A stretch of DNA of 64,000 nucleotides from the NCBI RefSeq assembly GCF_025526975.1, contig NW_026515681.1, forward strand, positions 248,001 through 312,000, in the 5' to 3' direction. Both the position numbers and the translations under genes were made by a program. Positions 11,865-24,501 of the stretch are shown here, piece after piece. The number at the start of each line of letters is the position of its first letter. Position 1 is the stretch's first letter. The notes under the pieces were generated by a model. That model was not told the DNA's origin. It saw only the letters and a list, made by a program, of their open reading frames with translations, and made no database searches. This DNA is from Fimicolochytrium jonesii. Its lineage: Eukaryota.

Positions 11865-12385
11865 GGCTAGGGTGAGAATTGGCCCAGGAAAGGCCCGTGC
11901 CCGCAAAAAAGGGACGAGCGAAGTGGGAAGCAAGGTGCTGCTGTCGGTGGGTGAGACACAACCGCCCTGTATATGTATTTGTATATGCACACTGTCTGGG
12001 GGGGGGGGGGGGGGTGCGGCGTGCGAACGGCGGAGTTTGAGGAGCGGAGGGCGACGCGACACACGGCATGGCGGAAAGAGCAACGAAACCGGTGTGTTCC
12101 CACCCCCTGTTCTACATACAAAGAACCCCCATCCCAAAGCTAGATCCTCCCAGACATACGCCAAATCGCCATCCCTATTCTCCTGCACCACATCTTCTTC
12201 CTACCCAAGTTCTAACACTATTGATATGACGTGCATCCTCAGACCGCTCCATTTCGCTGGGGTTTGGTGCAGCGAGATGTGGGATACATAGTGCACGGGT
12301 TGATGGGCGATATTGGGTGGTGGTGGAGGGTGTTTTCGCTTGCCCCCGTTTTTCGCTATGCAAGGAAATAGTGGATGTTTTTCTC

Positions 12386-15300
12386 CTACTTCCGCTTCTT
12401 ACTCGGCGCCCCGCCCCTATCATCCTGCGACCGCGGCCGTTTCCCGTTGCTTGCTGCCGGTTCAGAGCCCTTCATTGCGTCCGCCTATGAAATCCATATG
12501 AGAGAGGGAGAGAGGAGTCAGAAAATCTGCTCCACGCGAAGCATTCAAACCCCTTATCTTCCACACGCACGACTACGCAGCGCCCATCCCACCATCCATG
12601 GCGATGGGAGCTGGTTCAACACACATCCCAGTCATGTGATATATTACCTTAGCAGCCTTCCTCTCCAACTCATCCCAATCCTCCCCACTCTCATCCTCAC
12701 TCCCACTCCCACTAAACTCATCCTCATCCGAGGGATTGCCGCCGCCTTCAGAGTACCCCTCAGAGTCATCGTCGTCGTCAGACTCGGCGAAATCGGATTC
12801 GTCCATCTCGAATTCCGAGATTTCTTCTTCGCTGTCGTCGTCCTATATGACAAAAAAAGCAGGGGGGAGATGGAAGGGTGAGTGAGTGGGGGAGAGCAGA
12901 AAGAGCGGAAGGGGTGACCGCAGAGACATACATCGGAAGCAGGCTGCAGGAAACTCCATCCGCCCGTTTCAAAGAACCCGGCCGGGTCCGCAATCACTGT
13001 TTTCATGATCTGCGCCCAGGAGAGGTTCGCGGGGCCTTCTGTGAAAGGGATATCCACGCCACTAAAAACCAAAATCAGCAAAGGCATGTGGTCGGGAATG
13101 TGGACGCAGCGCAATACGCACTCCAACCACTCCTTGATATTATCCAGCTGCTTGACGGGGATAGTGTTGATATGACGCACGGGCTTGTTGAAGTCTTTGA
13201 AGACAAAGACCATGTCGAAATTCTTCAAGCCAAACTACAACAAAAACTATCAATCAGGCCCCGATCCCACTTCCGAAAGTCAAACACCCCCGTCTCATTT
13301 TCGTTCTCTCTCCTGCAAAACGCACCTGAACCCTCTCCAAATGCACCAACTCAATATCATCCAACGTCAGCACCAAGTTGGGTATATCCGTCAGATGCAC
13401 CAGACATTCGGTGGTGGGCTGGATCAACACGAGCTGCCGGCTGAACACGCCTTGGAATCCCAACTCCCTGAATGGAATTTCTACATTGATCTGGCACTAA
13501 AAAAGAATGAAAAGGACAATCAGTTCCCCCATCCCCAAATTGTCAGGAATCCGAAAGGATACGCACAGCATCCTGAATCTTCTCCGCAAACCCCTTAAAC
13601 TCCTTATTCAACCCTGCGCGTCGTCTTCGTTCCTCCGCCTCCATCGCAAGCTCATCCTCATCGCCGTAATTGACTCGTCGCGCCCGTCCACGGTTGCCCG
13701 TCTCGTCGAACCCGGCGTCGGTGACCTCGCGGTAGAACTGGACGTCCTGTGTCTTCTTTTTGCCAATCATGATGGGATTTTTGAGGTGGAAGTGGAGGAT
13801 GACGATGAGCTCGTGGTCGCAGGGTTGGAAGAAGATGTGGCGGATGTTAGAGAAGAGGACGTCTGGGTGGTCGAACGAGCGCCGTTAAAACACCGTCATC
13901 AGAAAGGGTCGCTCCGATCCCCACCCAACTCACCAATCTTCTGATTATTCTTCAACTGGCTCACATATCTAATCCCATTCTGATGAATCTCCAGATCCCC
14001 GGGAAACCGTCTATCCACCTGCGGCCTCGTGAACACCTCCGGCAACCTCACCGGCCTGCGCCCCCTAACCTCCACAAGCATATCCTGCTCCACAAGATCC
14101 GCCTTCTCCTTCCGTTCCACATCCCTCTTCTGCGTATCCTTCTTCAGGTCATTGATCTCCTTATAGATATCCATGAAACGGGCGGTATCGGATGATCGGA
14201 AACTGAGGGCGCGGATGAAAGTGGCGTTGGGGTCTTCGAAGGGTTGGGATAGTTCTTTTTTGCCGACGCCGGGGGTGAGGAAGTTGAAGCGGAGGTAAAT
14301 ATAGTCTTGTTCTTCGGATTTGGAGACGTTCTTGAGCGTGGAGATGTGGAAGGGGACCGGTTGGCCGTAGAAGGGAAGGATGATGGATTCGTTGCGGTGG
14401 TCGACGAAGATCTACGCAGCCCGGGGTTAGAACACCTACCATCGGTCTCCTCATCACTTCGCTGCCAACTTACCTTCAAGTCGGTAACCTGCTTCGGCAA
14501 CTGCGCCTCGGTCTTGTAACTCGCGAACTTCTTAAACACCTCCTTCTTCTCGCCTCCATCAAGGTCCTCCCCGTCCTGGTACTTCCGCAGCCCATCCGTT
14601 TGCAACTTTTCATGTAAGCTCTTCTGGTGATCGTTTCGGCGGGATTCGTTCTCTGCTCTCGTCTAAGGAGTCGAAGAAAGTCAGCATGGCCCATGGCGAT
14701 GACGCAGATGCACTTGATTACTCACATCCCCTTGTAACCGTTTCCCCTTCCGTTCAGGTAAATCTTGCGCAACGGACGCGCGAGCGGCGCGGGCGGCCGC
14801 CCCGTTTTTGACTGGCTCCGCTTTGACCTCCTCTTCTTGTTCCTCCTGCAACAAACACCCGCGGTGAGCAGACACGTTTCGATGATAACCCATGTCGCTG
14901 AACCTACATCGAAGTCAAAAGACACATCCGCCATCTCCTTCTTAACGTCCGTCAGCAAGACAGGCGCCTCGCCAGTCACCATTACCGTATCAGCAAGCGA
15001 CAGAGCATATCTAAAACAAGGGCAAGAACGACCCGGGTTAACGCCGCAGTCCTTTTGATCCACAACGACGACATTCACAAAACATACGTCTTTCCCCTTG
15101 GGTCGCTTGCTCCCGGGTTCGAAAGGTTCTGGAACCCGACCATCACACAGAGCGTCATCCCTGCCTTCAACTGGGAGTGGTGCTTCGGGGACAAGACATA
15201 ACTCGGTTCCCTCAGTTCGATGCCAACCTGAAATGAACCGCCGTCAGCTTCACCGGCCCATGATCCCTTCCCCGTGGAGCAAGAAATGTGGCAACTTACA

Positions 15301-16589
15301 CCCCAACCACAGTTCTTGACAAAATTCTGCTGCAGATCCGGGCGCTTCTGTCCGATGTAGGACATGGCTGCTTTGTAGACATCGCTGCAGGAGACGCCTG
15401 CTTTGATGGAGGCAAGGACGTGCTGTTGCAGTTCGAGGAGGAATTTGTAGTTCTTCTCTTGTGTCTGCGTAGGAGGAGTAGGAGTGTGAATATCTGAATC
15501 AGCAGTACGATAAAAATGAGTGTCGCGCAAAACACCTACCTTATTGGCATTGGTCATGTAAGTCCTGGCGATATTGGAGCAGTAGCTCTTATACCGGATG
15601 CCAAACGACGCAATGATGGTTCCTTCATGCAATGGCTCGTTGTTGCTCATGGCACTAAGTCTGAGGTCGTACTTTCCTCCGCTTTGGATGATGGGCGGAT
15701 AACACCAGTCTACTTCTTTTTCCCATTGAATCTGCGAGGAAGAAGATAAATGCGTGAGCTGCGTACCCTCACGACCGGCAGTGCAACCCGAAACACCCAT
15801 ATACATACATCATTGGTCGGAAGCGAATATTTCCTCCGCACATCCTCACTCTCAATGACTTTCTCCAACGCATTCGTCATCTGCTCATGCGTCATCTTCT
15901 TCCCCTCCTCAATAATCTCCATCATCTCAAGCACAAACTGCTTCTTCATGATAAGCGACGACAACCGCGACGCCGTTCGCAGAAGTTTGATTTCAGTGTC
16001 TTCTTTCACAGCGAGGATGTTGGAGACGCCGTTAGATACGTCGACGTTTTCGAATTTGCGGGCGCTGTTTTTCAGCGCGGCCGTCCATGCGTCGACCATC
16101 TTGCCCTGGAAACGGTCTTTGGGGAATCCGCCGAGTTTCTTCCCAGAGAAGGATTTACCGAGCAGGTCGAGGAGGGTGTTGACGGCTTCCTGGTTCTGGG
16201 TTTCGTCTTTTGTGCGTTTGAAGATTTCGACGGGGATGGCGCCTCGTCTTGTGAGGGGGTCGAGGAGGGCGGCTTTTTTGGGGCTGGTGTGGAAGATGGC
16301 CTTGTCGGCGGTGATGAGGAGGATGGTTTCCGTGAACTCGTAGCCGAGGAGCCAGGAGTGGAGCACGGAGCTTTTGAGGAAGGTGAGATCGTCGTCGGCT
16401 GCTCCGACTACGACGCAGAGAGCGTCAGCGTCTCCCCACTCTGGTGAGCCCCTGGATGCCTGTAATTTGAGAGATATCTGAGCACGGGGTTTTGAAGTGA
16501 GCTATGCGCAAAACTTCCCTTACCTTCCAGTCCTGCATAAGGAGACCCAGCCTTCTCTGGAAGGTGTCAACATCTATTTCGATCGCCAT
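12386..16589 (-). CDS. SPT16: FACT complex large subunit Spt16 (multi-exon)
   Basis: Exon peptides [89 protein letters not shown] and the acidic tail [14 protein letters not shown]. The last exon ends PSKKRK*. Confidence 0.95.
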
Positions 16590-17184
16590 GGCTGTTGCTC
16601 AGTGGGTTCGGAGTGGGTTTGGAGTGGGTTCGGAGTGGGAGAGTCAAATTGCCGAACCGAATAAAACCCCAGAGAGAAGGGGGCGACTTGACCTGCGGGG
16701 TGCCGACGTTATAAGCTATGCTGTATGCAACTGGGTTGGGTTGTGGGGGGAGTGGCCAGAAGGGATCGCTCACCAAGTCCGAGGGTTCTGAAGTGCACCT
16801 TGCAAGGCTAATATATGAGACTGAGCGCCTTCTCTTTCCGCCCCCAACGCGTCCGAAACCTCCACAGATTCCAAGTCGCACCCGCAAGCGTGTTCTCATG
16901 TGGCCCTCGCTTCATCCATTGCGCAATCCGCGTGCAAGAAGCGGCAGCACTGCAAGAAGCCTTGAATCGAGTGAACCAGGCTGCTGTCAATGAGTGAGTG
17001 CTTGGAAGGGTTTGACAGTGCCAACACTTGAACGCGATTACTTATCGTGTTCGAATCGCCTTAAACAACGTGGTAAGTAACACCCACGCCGCTCGCTCAA
17101 TCGACCGACCTCCCTACTACAGACGTCCAAAAAAGGCTTCCCAGCAGCATCGTCCCAACCCTCCCGCATCCCAAACACCCCAAA

Positions 17185-18285
17185 ATGGTCGCACAGACAG
17201 CAGCCGCCTTCTGGTTCCCCGTCCTCTACATCTTCGGCATAGGCTGTCTATTCGCCGCCTACACCCGCTACAACAGAGCAAAGCAACGGTCGCAACAGAT
17301 CGCTCGTACGTATCTCACTCCCTCCCCCAACCCTCACATCCCCACGATCCCCCACAACTCAACTCACCCCCCTTTCAGAATCCCACGATGACGGCTATTT
17401 CCCCGCGCACACAACCCGCTCCCAATACAACGAGCTCGCGGAAATGTTTTCCCCCGAAGACCCGAACGGGATGAAGATCCTGATGGCCGGGCTCATCAAG
17501 AGAGCGGTTATTGATGTTCAGAGGGCTTTTCAGATTAGGGAGGAGAAGCCGCCGTTGCAGCAACTGGTTAATAAGGGGACCGTGGGGGAGGATTTGCTGG
17601 ATAAGTTGGTGCATGCTGAGCAGGAACTTGATGCCGAGATCAATGAGGTGCGTACGCGAGCGTTAGCGAGCGGCGAGCGCAGCGAGTCTAGTGTACTACC
17701 GAGCGGAGCAAGCCTAAGCGAGCGTCAGATCTTTTGCGAGCGAAGCGAGCACCACATCAAGGCCGGCCGAACGCGCGCGACTCCCCTCATCCCATCATCC
17801 CTCTCCCATCCCGCATCCCTCTTCCGTCCACTCACCCACGCACGCACCTTCTGATTCCGCAGGTCATGGAAGAAGCCGAACTCTACCGCACGGGCTGGGG
17901 CAAATCGATTTTCCAAGAAGCCTCCCAGCTGATGCAACTCCAAATGCAGCAAGAAGCCCAACTCGCACAGGCCGCGCAGCGCGCCGACAACCCCAACGCC
18001 GTCGCCCAGCCATCCCACAGCCATCACGGCCACTCGCACGACCATGGGCATGATCACGACCACCATGGACATTCTCACAGCGACGAGAACACCACCCCGA
18101 CGACAAGCACGGAATCCCTCTCCCCGACCGCCGAGACCGAGGAGCAGCGCAGGCAGCGGTTGGAGGCCGAGCTGTTGGCTGAGGAGGAGAAGGAGAAGAA
18201 GAAGGGGGGGAAGGGTGCGGGTGGGGGCAAGGGGGCAAATGCGGGGCAGGGGGGGAAGGGGAAGGGGAAGAAGAAGGGGAAGTAA
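17185..18285 (+). CDS. SEC66: Sec62/63 complex subunit Sec66/Sec71 homologue with a His-rich C-terminal extension; 3 exons (17185-17305, 17379-17647, 17863-18285)
   Basis: N-terminal TM segment, then YFPAHTTRSQY...LIKRAVIDVQRAFQIREEKPPLQQLVNKGTVGEDL...EINEVMEEAELYRTGWGKSIFQEA, which is the Sec66 family pattern. Confidence 0.85.
17652..17750 (+). repeat. Cluster of GCGAGCG-N1-2-AGCGAG(C) modules inside SEC66 intron 2
   Basis: gcgagcgttagcgagc, gcgagcgcagcgag, ccgagcggagcaagc, gcgagcgtcag and gcgagcgaagcgagc lie within about 100 bp. Confidence 0.75.
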
Positions 18286-18925
18286 CGGGTGGGTGGGTGG
18301 GGAGATGTATCATCGTCGGGGTCAGAGGGGGTGACCATACGCAGGTTCGGTCGGTGGGATCTTAAGTTAGGCGTTGAGGAACAGAAGAAGAAGAAAGAAA
18401 GAGGTGGGAGAATACACCCGACAAATTCAGTGGAAATTTCCTTGAGCGTGCGGTTCCCCCGGTGGGGCATCACCTCTGTCTTCTGCACCTTCACTCTGTA
18501 CCATAACCCCCTCCAACCACAAAAACCCATTCATTACAAACCCCCCCAAAAGACTGTTTGTTTGTGTTCCCTATCCGGCGTGTATTCCATCCCCCCCCCC
18601 CCCCCCAAAACTCAATCAACAAAGGGTATGTATGTGCATCGGATCCGCCGTGTGTATGTATGTACATTCGGGCCCCCACGCCTCGTCCGTCCCGTCCGTC
18701 TTCACAGATGTCCTTATTCCCTCCTCGTTGTATCCGAGAGGTGCTGTCGGGTTTGACGGGGTATGTGTTTTACAGCTGGGATGCCTTGACGGTACTACTG
18801 TTTGATACCGCAATTTGCGTCGGTGTGATGTATGCGCGGGCGGCGACGGCCCGAGTGGGGCGGGGTGGAACGAATCCGGGTGGTGCTGTTGTGAGCCGTG
18901 AGGGCGGGTGGGGTGTTGGCCTCGT

Positions 18926-21281
18926 TCACGTTTCGTAGCAGAGCCAAAAATTCGTGTACTGAATGGACCGGGGGAGGGGAACAGAGGCACGACCGCAATC
19001 AGTCTTCCATTCTACCGCAAAGGTTCCGGGAACTTTCGGGGCTCACACACAGTCCACATACCTCAAACCGCACCTCCCCCGCAACGCCCTCCAAGCTCCT
19101 CTTCTCATACCTCCGCTCCTTCACACCCATCCGTTTCCTCCACAACCCCGCCACGATCTCGCTCTCGCCGCCGCCTGCCCCGCCAGGCCCCAGATTGCCC
19201 ATGCCCCACGCGCCGGTGTACCCGTTCCCCCACGTCGCCAACCCCGCGTTCCCCGCGCCACTCGCCCACCCGTCATCCTCAAACCACGCCTTCCTGAAAT
19301 CCCAGCTCAGCAGATACACGTCCCCGCCCTCGTTCTCGACCGTGCACATCAGGAACGATCCGCGGGCGTCGAGGGTAAAGTCCGTGATCACTTCCGAGGG
19401 CCGGATCGGGTGCCCGATCGTGGCTTGGAAGGAGATCGATTCCGATAGGCGGTAGAGGAGTGTGCCGGCTTTTAGGTCCCATACGCACATCTGCGGGGGA
19501 GAGAGGGAGGGAGAGCAGTTAGGGGAGAGGGGACGAGGTCGACGGGGAGGGAGATGGTTACTCACCTCGTGACAGCGAATCCCCCGGGTGACGAGGATAT
19601 TGTCGTACATGGCGAGCACGGTCGGGTAAGATGTCGAGTCGAATTCTTCGCGGTGGTAGTGGCGGGGTTCGGAGAGGGTGTGGGTGAGGGTGCCGTCGAG
19701 GCGGGAGATGATGAGGAAGACTGTGTTCTGCAGAGAGTGGTGGGGGGTGAGCACATAGACAGGCTTGTGCATGGGTGGGTGGGTTTGGATTAACGGATAT
19801 GAGAGAGTGAGACGCACCTCGAACCCACAAACAATATGGTCCCCCCACACCGCAATCTTGACCTCCCTGGTCAACACCGACGGCTCGACCCCCGCAAACT
19901 TCCTCACATCAATCTTCCTCAACCGCGTATGCGTCTCCACATCCCACACATCAATCACATTATCGTTGTTATAGCTCACGAGGATATTCTCATGCGTCGC
20001 GCAGTCCAGCACGTCGACGCCGCGCATGACGCGTATGCAGGACAAGGTGGTGAGGTCCCAGATGCGCATGGTGGCGTCCTCGGCGGCGGTAACGACGAGG
20101 TTGCGTTGGTTGGTTGTGAGGGCGATGACGGAGGCGGTGTGGCCTTCGAGGATGTGCGGGGTGTGGCCGTCGACTTTGCAGACGGCGACGTTGGTGTTGG
20201 AGATCCAGATCATGTAGGGGCCACAGAGGCGGAGGTTGACTGCGTAGCCACTGTGGAGGGTGTTCGAGGGCGATCGTTTAGCGTCGGTGTGGAATGAAGG
20301 CAACTGGGGACGTGAGAGTCGTTTTCCCTACCTGCCAGCAGTGGTAGGCTGCCCACAATGCAAAATATACTTCCTCGGCCTCCTCGCATAACAATGCCTC
20401 CGTTCATCCACCAACTCCTGCCGCTTCGCCCTCTGATCCAGATCATTGATATCCGCAATCATCCGGAACCTGTTCTGCCCCGTGTACAGGTTATGCCGCT
20501 CCTCAAACATCGTCTTCCAATCCACATCGCGTGGGATGAAGTAACCTGGTAGGGCGGGATCTGATGTTGTGGAAGGGATCCCCCATGTGATGGTGCATCG
20601 CTGCCGCCAGAGTGATTGCGAGTACTCGGTGCAGATGGCGTAGAAGCGGTGGGAGACGGATTCCATGCGGCAGAGCGAGGATGGATCGAGATGCCGCATA
20701 ATGGCGAGGAGGATCTCTTCGGGTAGCATCTATTTTTGTCGCATCTGGGTTGGTCTTCATTCATCTCTTTGCACGTACAGCATTCTCCCCCTTGCGCACC
20801 GGGTTCACGAAAGCATACTCACAGTCATCTCAGTCTGCCGAGTCCGCGGATGGTCGGCGACTCTTAGCCGTTTCAGCGCGTTGGTGAGGTTCTTCTCAGG
20901 CTCTGTTGGTGGTGCTTGAGCGCGCCTGCCATTGATCTCGCCATCCCCATCCTGAACGCGATTGTTTGCTTTGCAAACCTCCGCCAGTTTGTCCAGTACG
21001 CCATAGCAAACCTCCTCTGGGAAACGGCTATCCAGTAAGTTCAGAATGGATTTTATTCTTTCCGCCTCGCTTTGCCTTGTGTCCCCAGCTACAGATCGTA
21101 ACTGCTGCAGCGTCATGGCCGAAGCATCCTCGGCCGCCGTGACATTTTGCACCTGCCTTTGGCGACTTGCTGACGCGGTCCAGCTATGTAACGAGGGAGG
21201 CGGGGTGGGAGACGATGTTCCCTGTGGGGAGAAGCTGCGTTGCTGGTGGTGATTGTAGCGATCCCGCCCGTTACGGGTCAT
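18926..21281 (-). CDS. F-box/WD40-repeat protein (SCF substrate receptor), multi-exon
   Basis: F-box LPEEILLAIMRHLDPSSLCRMESVSHRFYAIC and WD40 repeats (LEGHTASVIAL...AAEDATMRIWDL, IDVWDV, CVWDL). A short last exon YTNFWLCYET* follows a GTATGT...CAG intron. Confidence 0.88.
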
Positions 21282-21830
21282 GGTAGGGTCAGCCTCTTGG
21301 GAGCTCGCACGATGTTGGACAGGCGTTGTTCGCGCAAGAAAGTGGGCGGGGATGACTCTATATAGAAGCAAAGTTCTCACGACGATATCTGGAGACTGTT
21401 GCAGCTCGCGCTCTCCTTACCGTTGGCTGGATGTCGTTGGCTGGTAGCTGCGGGCGGGCTCTGATACTGGATTACAGTAGTGTGGGGTAGCGGGCAGCAT
21501 AGGGTTTACGGTTCGTTGGTTGCGAGCAGGTCGTAATGCTCTCTTCACTTGGAACGTCGCGGTCTCTAACTGTCTCTAACCGTATGTCACTGCTCGGAAT
21601 GCTGCGTATGTTAGCAGCGAATAACAAGCAGCTTCAAATCATACGCCCCGAACAAGAAGCATTACACACAGCCCGCCCTCATGTGCTGAGCGAGAGAGTC
21701 GCAGAGAGAGAGAGAGCGGCGTCCCAAAAGACTCCCCAAAAAACAGGCTCGCGTGAAAAACTAACCCCAAGATCTCTCAATCGTCAAGCCTCCCATCTGG
21801 ACTGGTGGTCCCAACTGCTACCGAGTGAAC

Positions 21831-23968
21831 ATGTCATTACGGAGACGGGCAGCCGGCGGAGGCGGCGGCAGCGGAGGTGGCGGGGAACCTTCGCTCCTAG
21901 AGAGGTTCAAGGGTTTTGACGCTTATGCGAAGCCTATCGAAGACTTTCGCATAAAAACTACTTCGGGCGCGATAGGTAGGAAAAAAAAGAGGAGAAAAGG
22001 ACTGTCAAGGGGGTTCTCACAAACGGGTGGCTAACTTATTCCACTCAACAGTGACTTTGGCCTCAGCGGCTGTCATTGCCCTCCTGTTGCTGTCCGAATT
22101 CATAGACTGGAGGACTGTCACTATGCAGCCAAGTCTGGAGGTCGATAAAGCTAGGAATGAAAAGATGACAATTAATCTGAATGTCTCTCTGCCTCATGTG
22201 CCTTGCTATCGTAAGTATCGCCCCACCGGAGGGAGGGAGGGAGCGCGAGCGAGCGGGTGCTCGAGGACTGGGCCGTAAGGACCAGGAGATCTTGAGGTCG
22301 CGAGCGATAGCGAGGAGAATGCTTGAGAATCCGAGGGACAGGGGGCAGATTGCTTGAGGGTTCCGAGCGACAGCGTGCAGAAGGCGTGCTATAGCGAGCG
22401 ACAACTGGGCTGTAGGCCCAGGAATGCTTGAGGTGTGAGCCATGCGAGCCGCGAGCGAAAGCGAGCGATGGTGGTTTCGCTCGTTGCAGGGATGGTTCGG
22501 TCTGGGAGACGAGACCGACAGGCCGAACAGAGCGAACGCCTTCTGGTTTGCCATGGGAGCCTGAGCGATAGCGAGCGCGACCATCGCAAACGCCTTACGC
22601 GAGCGAAGCGGGCCAAAGGCGCAATGCTTCCCCTAACCACGGTCCTTAGCGAGCCTCAGTCAGCGTCACCTCTTTTAGTGAGCAAAGCGAGCTACGCCTA
22701 CGCAGCCTAACATCCTCGGCGCGAGCGGAGCGAGCAGGGTATCGTTTCGACCACCCCTCGTTCAATGAACCATCGCTTCGGAGATGGTGGTGTTTAATGA
22801 TGGTCACACTCATGAACGTTCCAACTCTCCCAGTTTTGAGCATCGACGTGATGGATGTCGCAGGCGAGCACCAGAACGACGTGGATTCGACCATCTACAA
22901 AATGCGGTTGGACCCGACCGGGCGGCCAATAGAAGGCAGCCGATCCGACATTGGGGACAGCACGAAAGCCGTCTCGAAAGCCGCCGAGAAGGCCAAAGAT
23001 CCCGATTACTGTGGGAGCTGTTACGGGGCCAAATCCCCGGGTGGGAAGAAATCTGCAAAGGGGGAGGAATGCTGCAATACGTGTGATGAGGTGCAGAAGG
23101 CGTATGCGAACGAGGGGTGGGGGATGAAGACCGAGACGTGGGAGCAGGTGCGTTGACCATCACCACCACCATCGCACACATAGGATAACGTCCCAACTCA
23201 CCCCCCCATCTCACCCCAGTGCATAAGAGAACATTGGGCCGAAAAAGTCGCCAACCAATCGCACGAAGGCTGCAACCTCTGGGGCCGTCTCCAAGTCAAC
23301 AAAGTCGCCGGCAATTTCCACCTCGCCCCCGGCAAGTCCATGTCGCGGCAGAACATGCACGTGCACGACCTCGCGCCGTACCTGAAGGAGAAGGATCTGG
23401 ATTTCAGTCATACGCTGCATTCGCTGAGCTTTGGGAAGAAAGTGGAGTTTGTGAATCCGTTGGATGGGGTTTCGAAGAGTACTAAGCAATGTGAGAATTC
23501 TCATTATTCTACTGTCTGTTCCCCCGCTCCCTCAACTCACAATCCTCGGTTTTGTTTTTCACAGCCTACTTTATGTTCCAATACTTTCTAAAAGTAGTCA
23601 GCACACGCTTCACCTTCCTAAACGGCACAAATGTCCGCACCAACCAATTCTCCGTCACCGAACACGAACGTGACACGACCCCGAGCGCACATACCGGCGG
23701 CCTCCCCGGAGTCTTTTTCAACTACGACATTTCACCCATGGTAATGTCCTCGCATCCCGTTTTATCGTTGTGTGATATGCACTCACGATATTATTTTCTT
23801 GTTTAGTTGGTGATGTACACAGAATACCAAAAACCCCTCTCGCACTTCCTCACGGACATCTGCGCCGTTGTTGGGGGCGTGTTTACGGTAGCGGGGATTG
23901 TGGACTCGTTTATTTTCACGGCGGGGAAGCAGTTGAGGCAGAAGATGGAGTTGGGGAAGAGTACGTAG
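21831..23968 (+). CDS. ERV46: ER-Golgi intermediate compartment protein Erv46/ERGIC3, multi-exon
   Basis: FDAYAKPIEDFRIKTTSGA, LSIDVMDVAGEHQ, YCGSCYGA, CCNTCDEVQKAY, VNKVAGNFHLAPGKS, MFQYFLKVVST, GGLPGVFFNYDISPM, CAVVGGVFTVAGIVD. Confidence 0.95.
22240..22780 (+). repeat. Degenerate modular repeat/hairpin array inside the 623-bp ERV46 intron 2 (22211-22833)
   Basis: About 7 GCGAGCG-N-AGCGAG modules, three (GAA/GAT)TGCTTGAG copies, two CTGGGC-gta-G(G/A)CC(C)AG stem-loops, and a CCATC-gcttcgga-GATGG stem. Confidence 0.75.
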
Positions 23969-24501
23969 AGGGGGGCGGGAGAGAGACGATTTGGGCTGCA
24001 CTTGTTGTATCTTGGGGAAAATGGGCGCTGGCAAAACACCTCTGCTATTTCCCTATCACAGGATTTTGGCTTCGTTTTATGATGCATGTGTGACAGGACC
24101 GTACTCCGTCTGTGTACCACCCCTCGTTACTCCAGACCAAGGCCCCTTCGGTTGTACTGTACTCACCCACGGAGAGCCCACCCCGTCTGCCCTTCTCATG
24201 CCCATGAGGGGTTCCCTTCGCCGTAGGTTTACGGGCAACCATTTGCAGTCTTCTGAACATGTATGGCCAAAAAAGGGATTTTTGGCACTAGCGGATGAGA
24301 TGGGATACATTATTGCCAACGCCTCTACATCCCCAGTGTTCATTAGTCCATCCTATAACATCTGATGCTACCTATCCTATGTCTATCCTATGCCTACGCA
24401 AGCTAGCTACCCTCAACGCTCTACCCGCAGCTCACTTTCCACAGACCAAGTCCCTCAGTGGCTCTCTCTCTCTCATCCTCGGCCTCCTTCAAATTCAAAA
24501 T

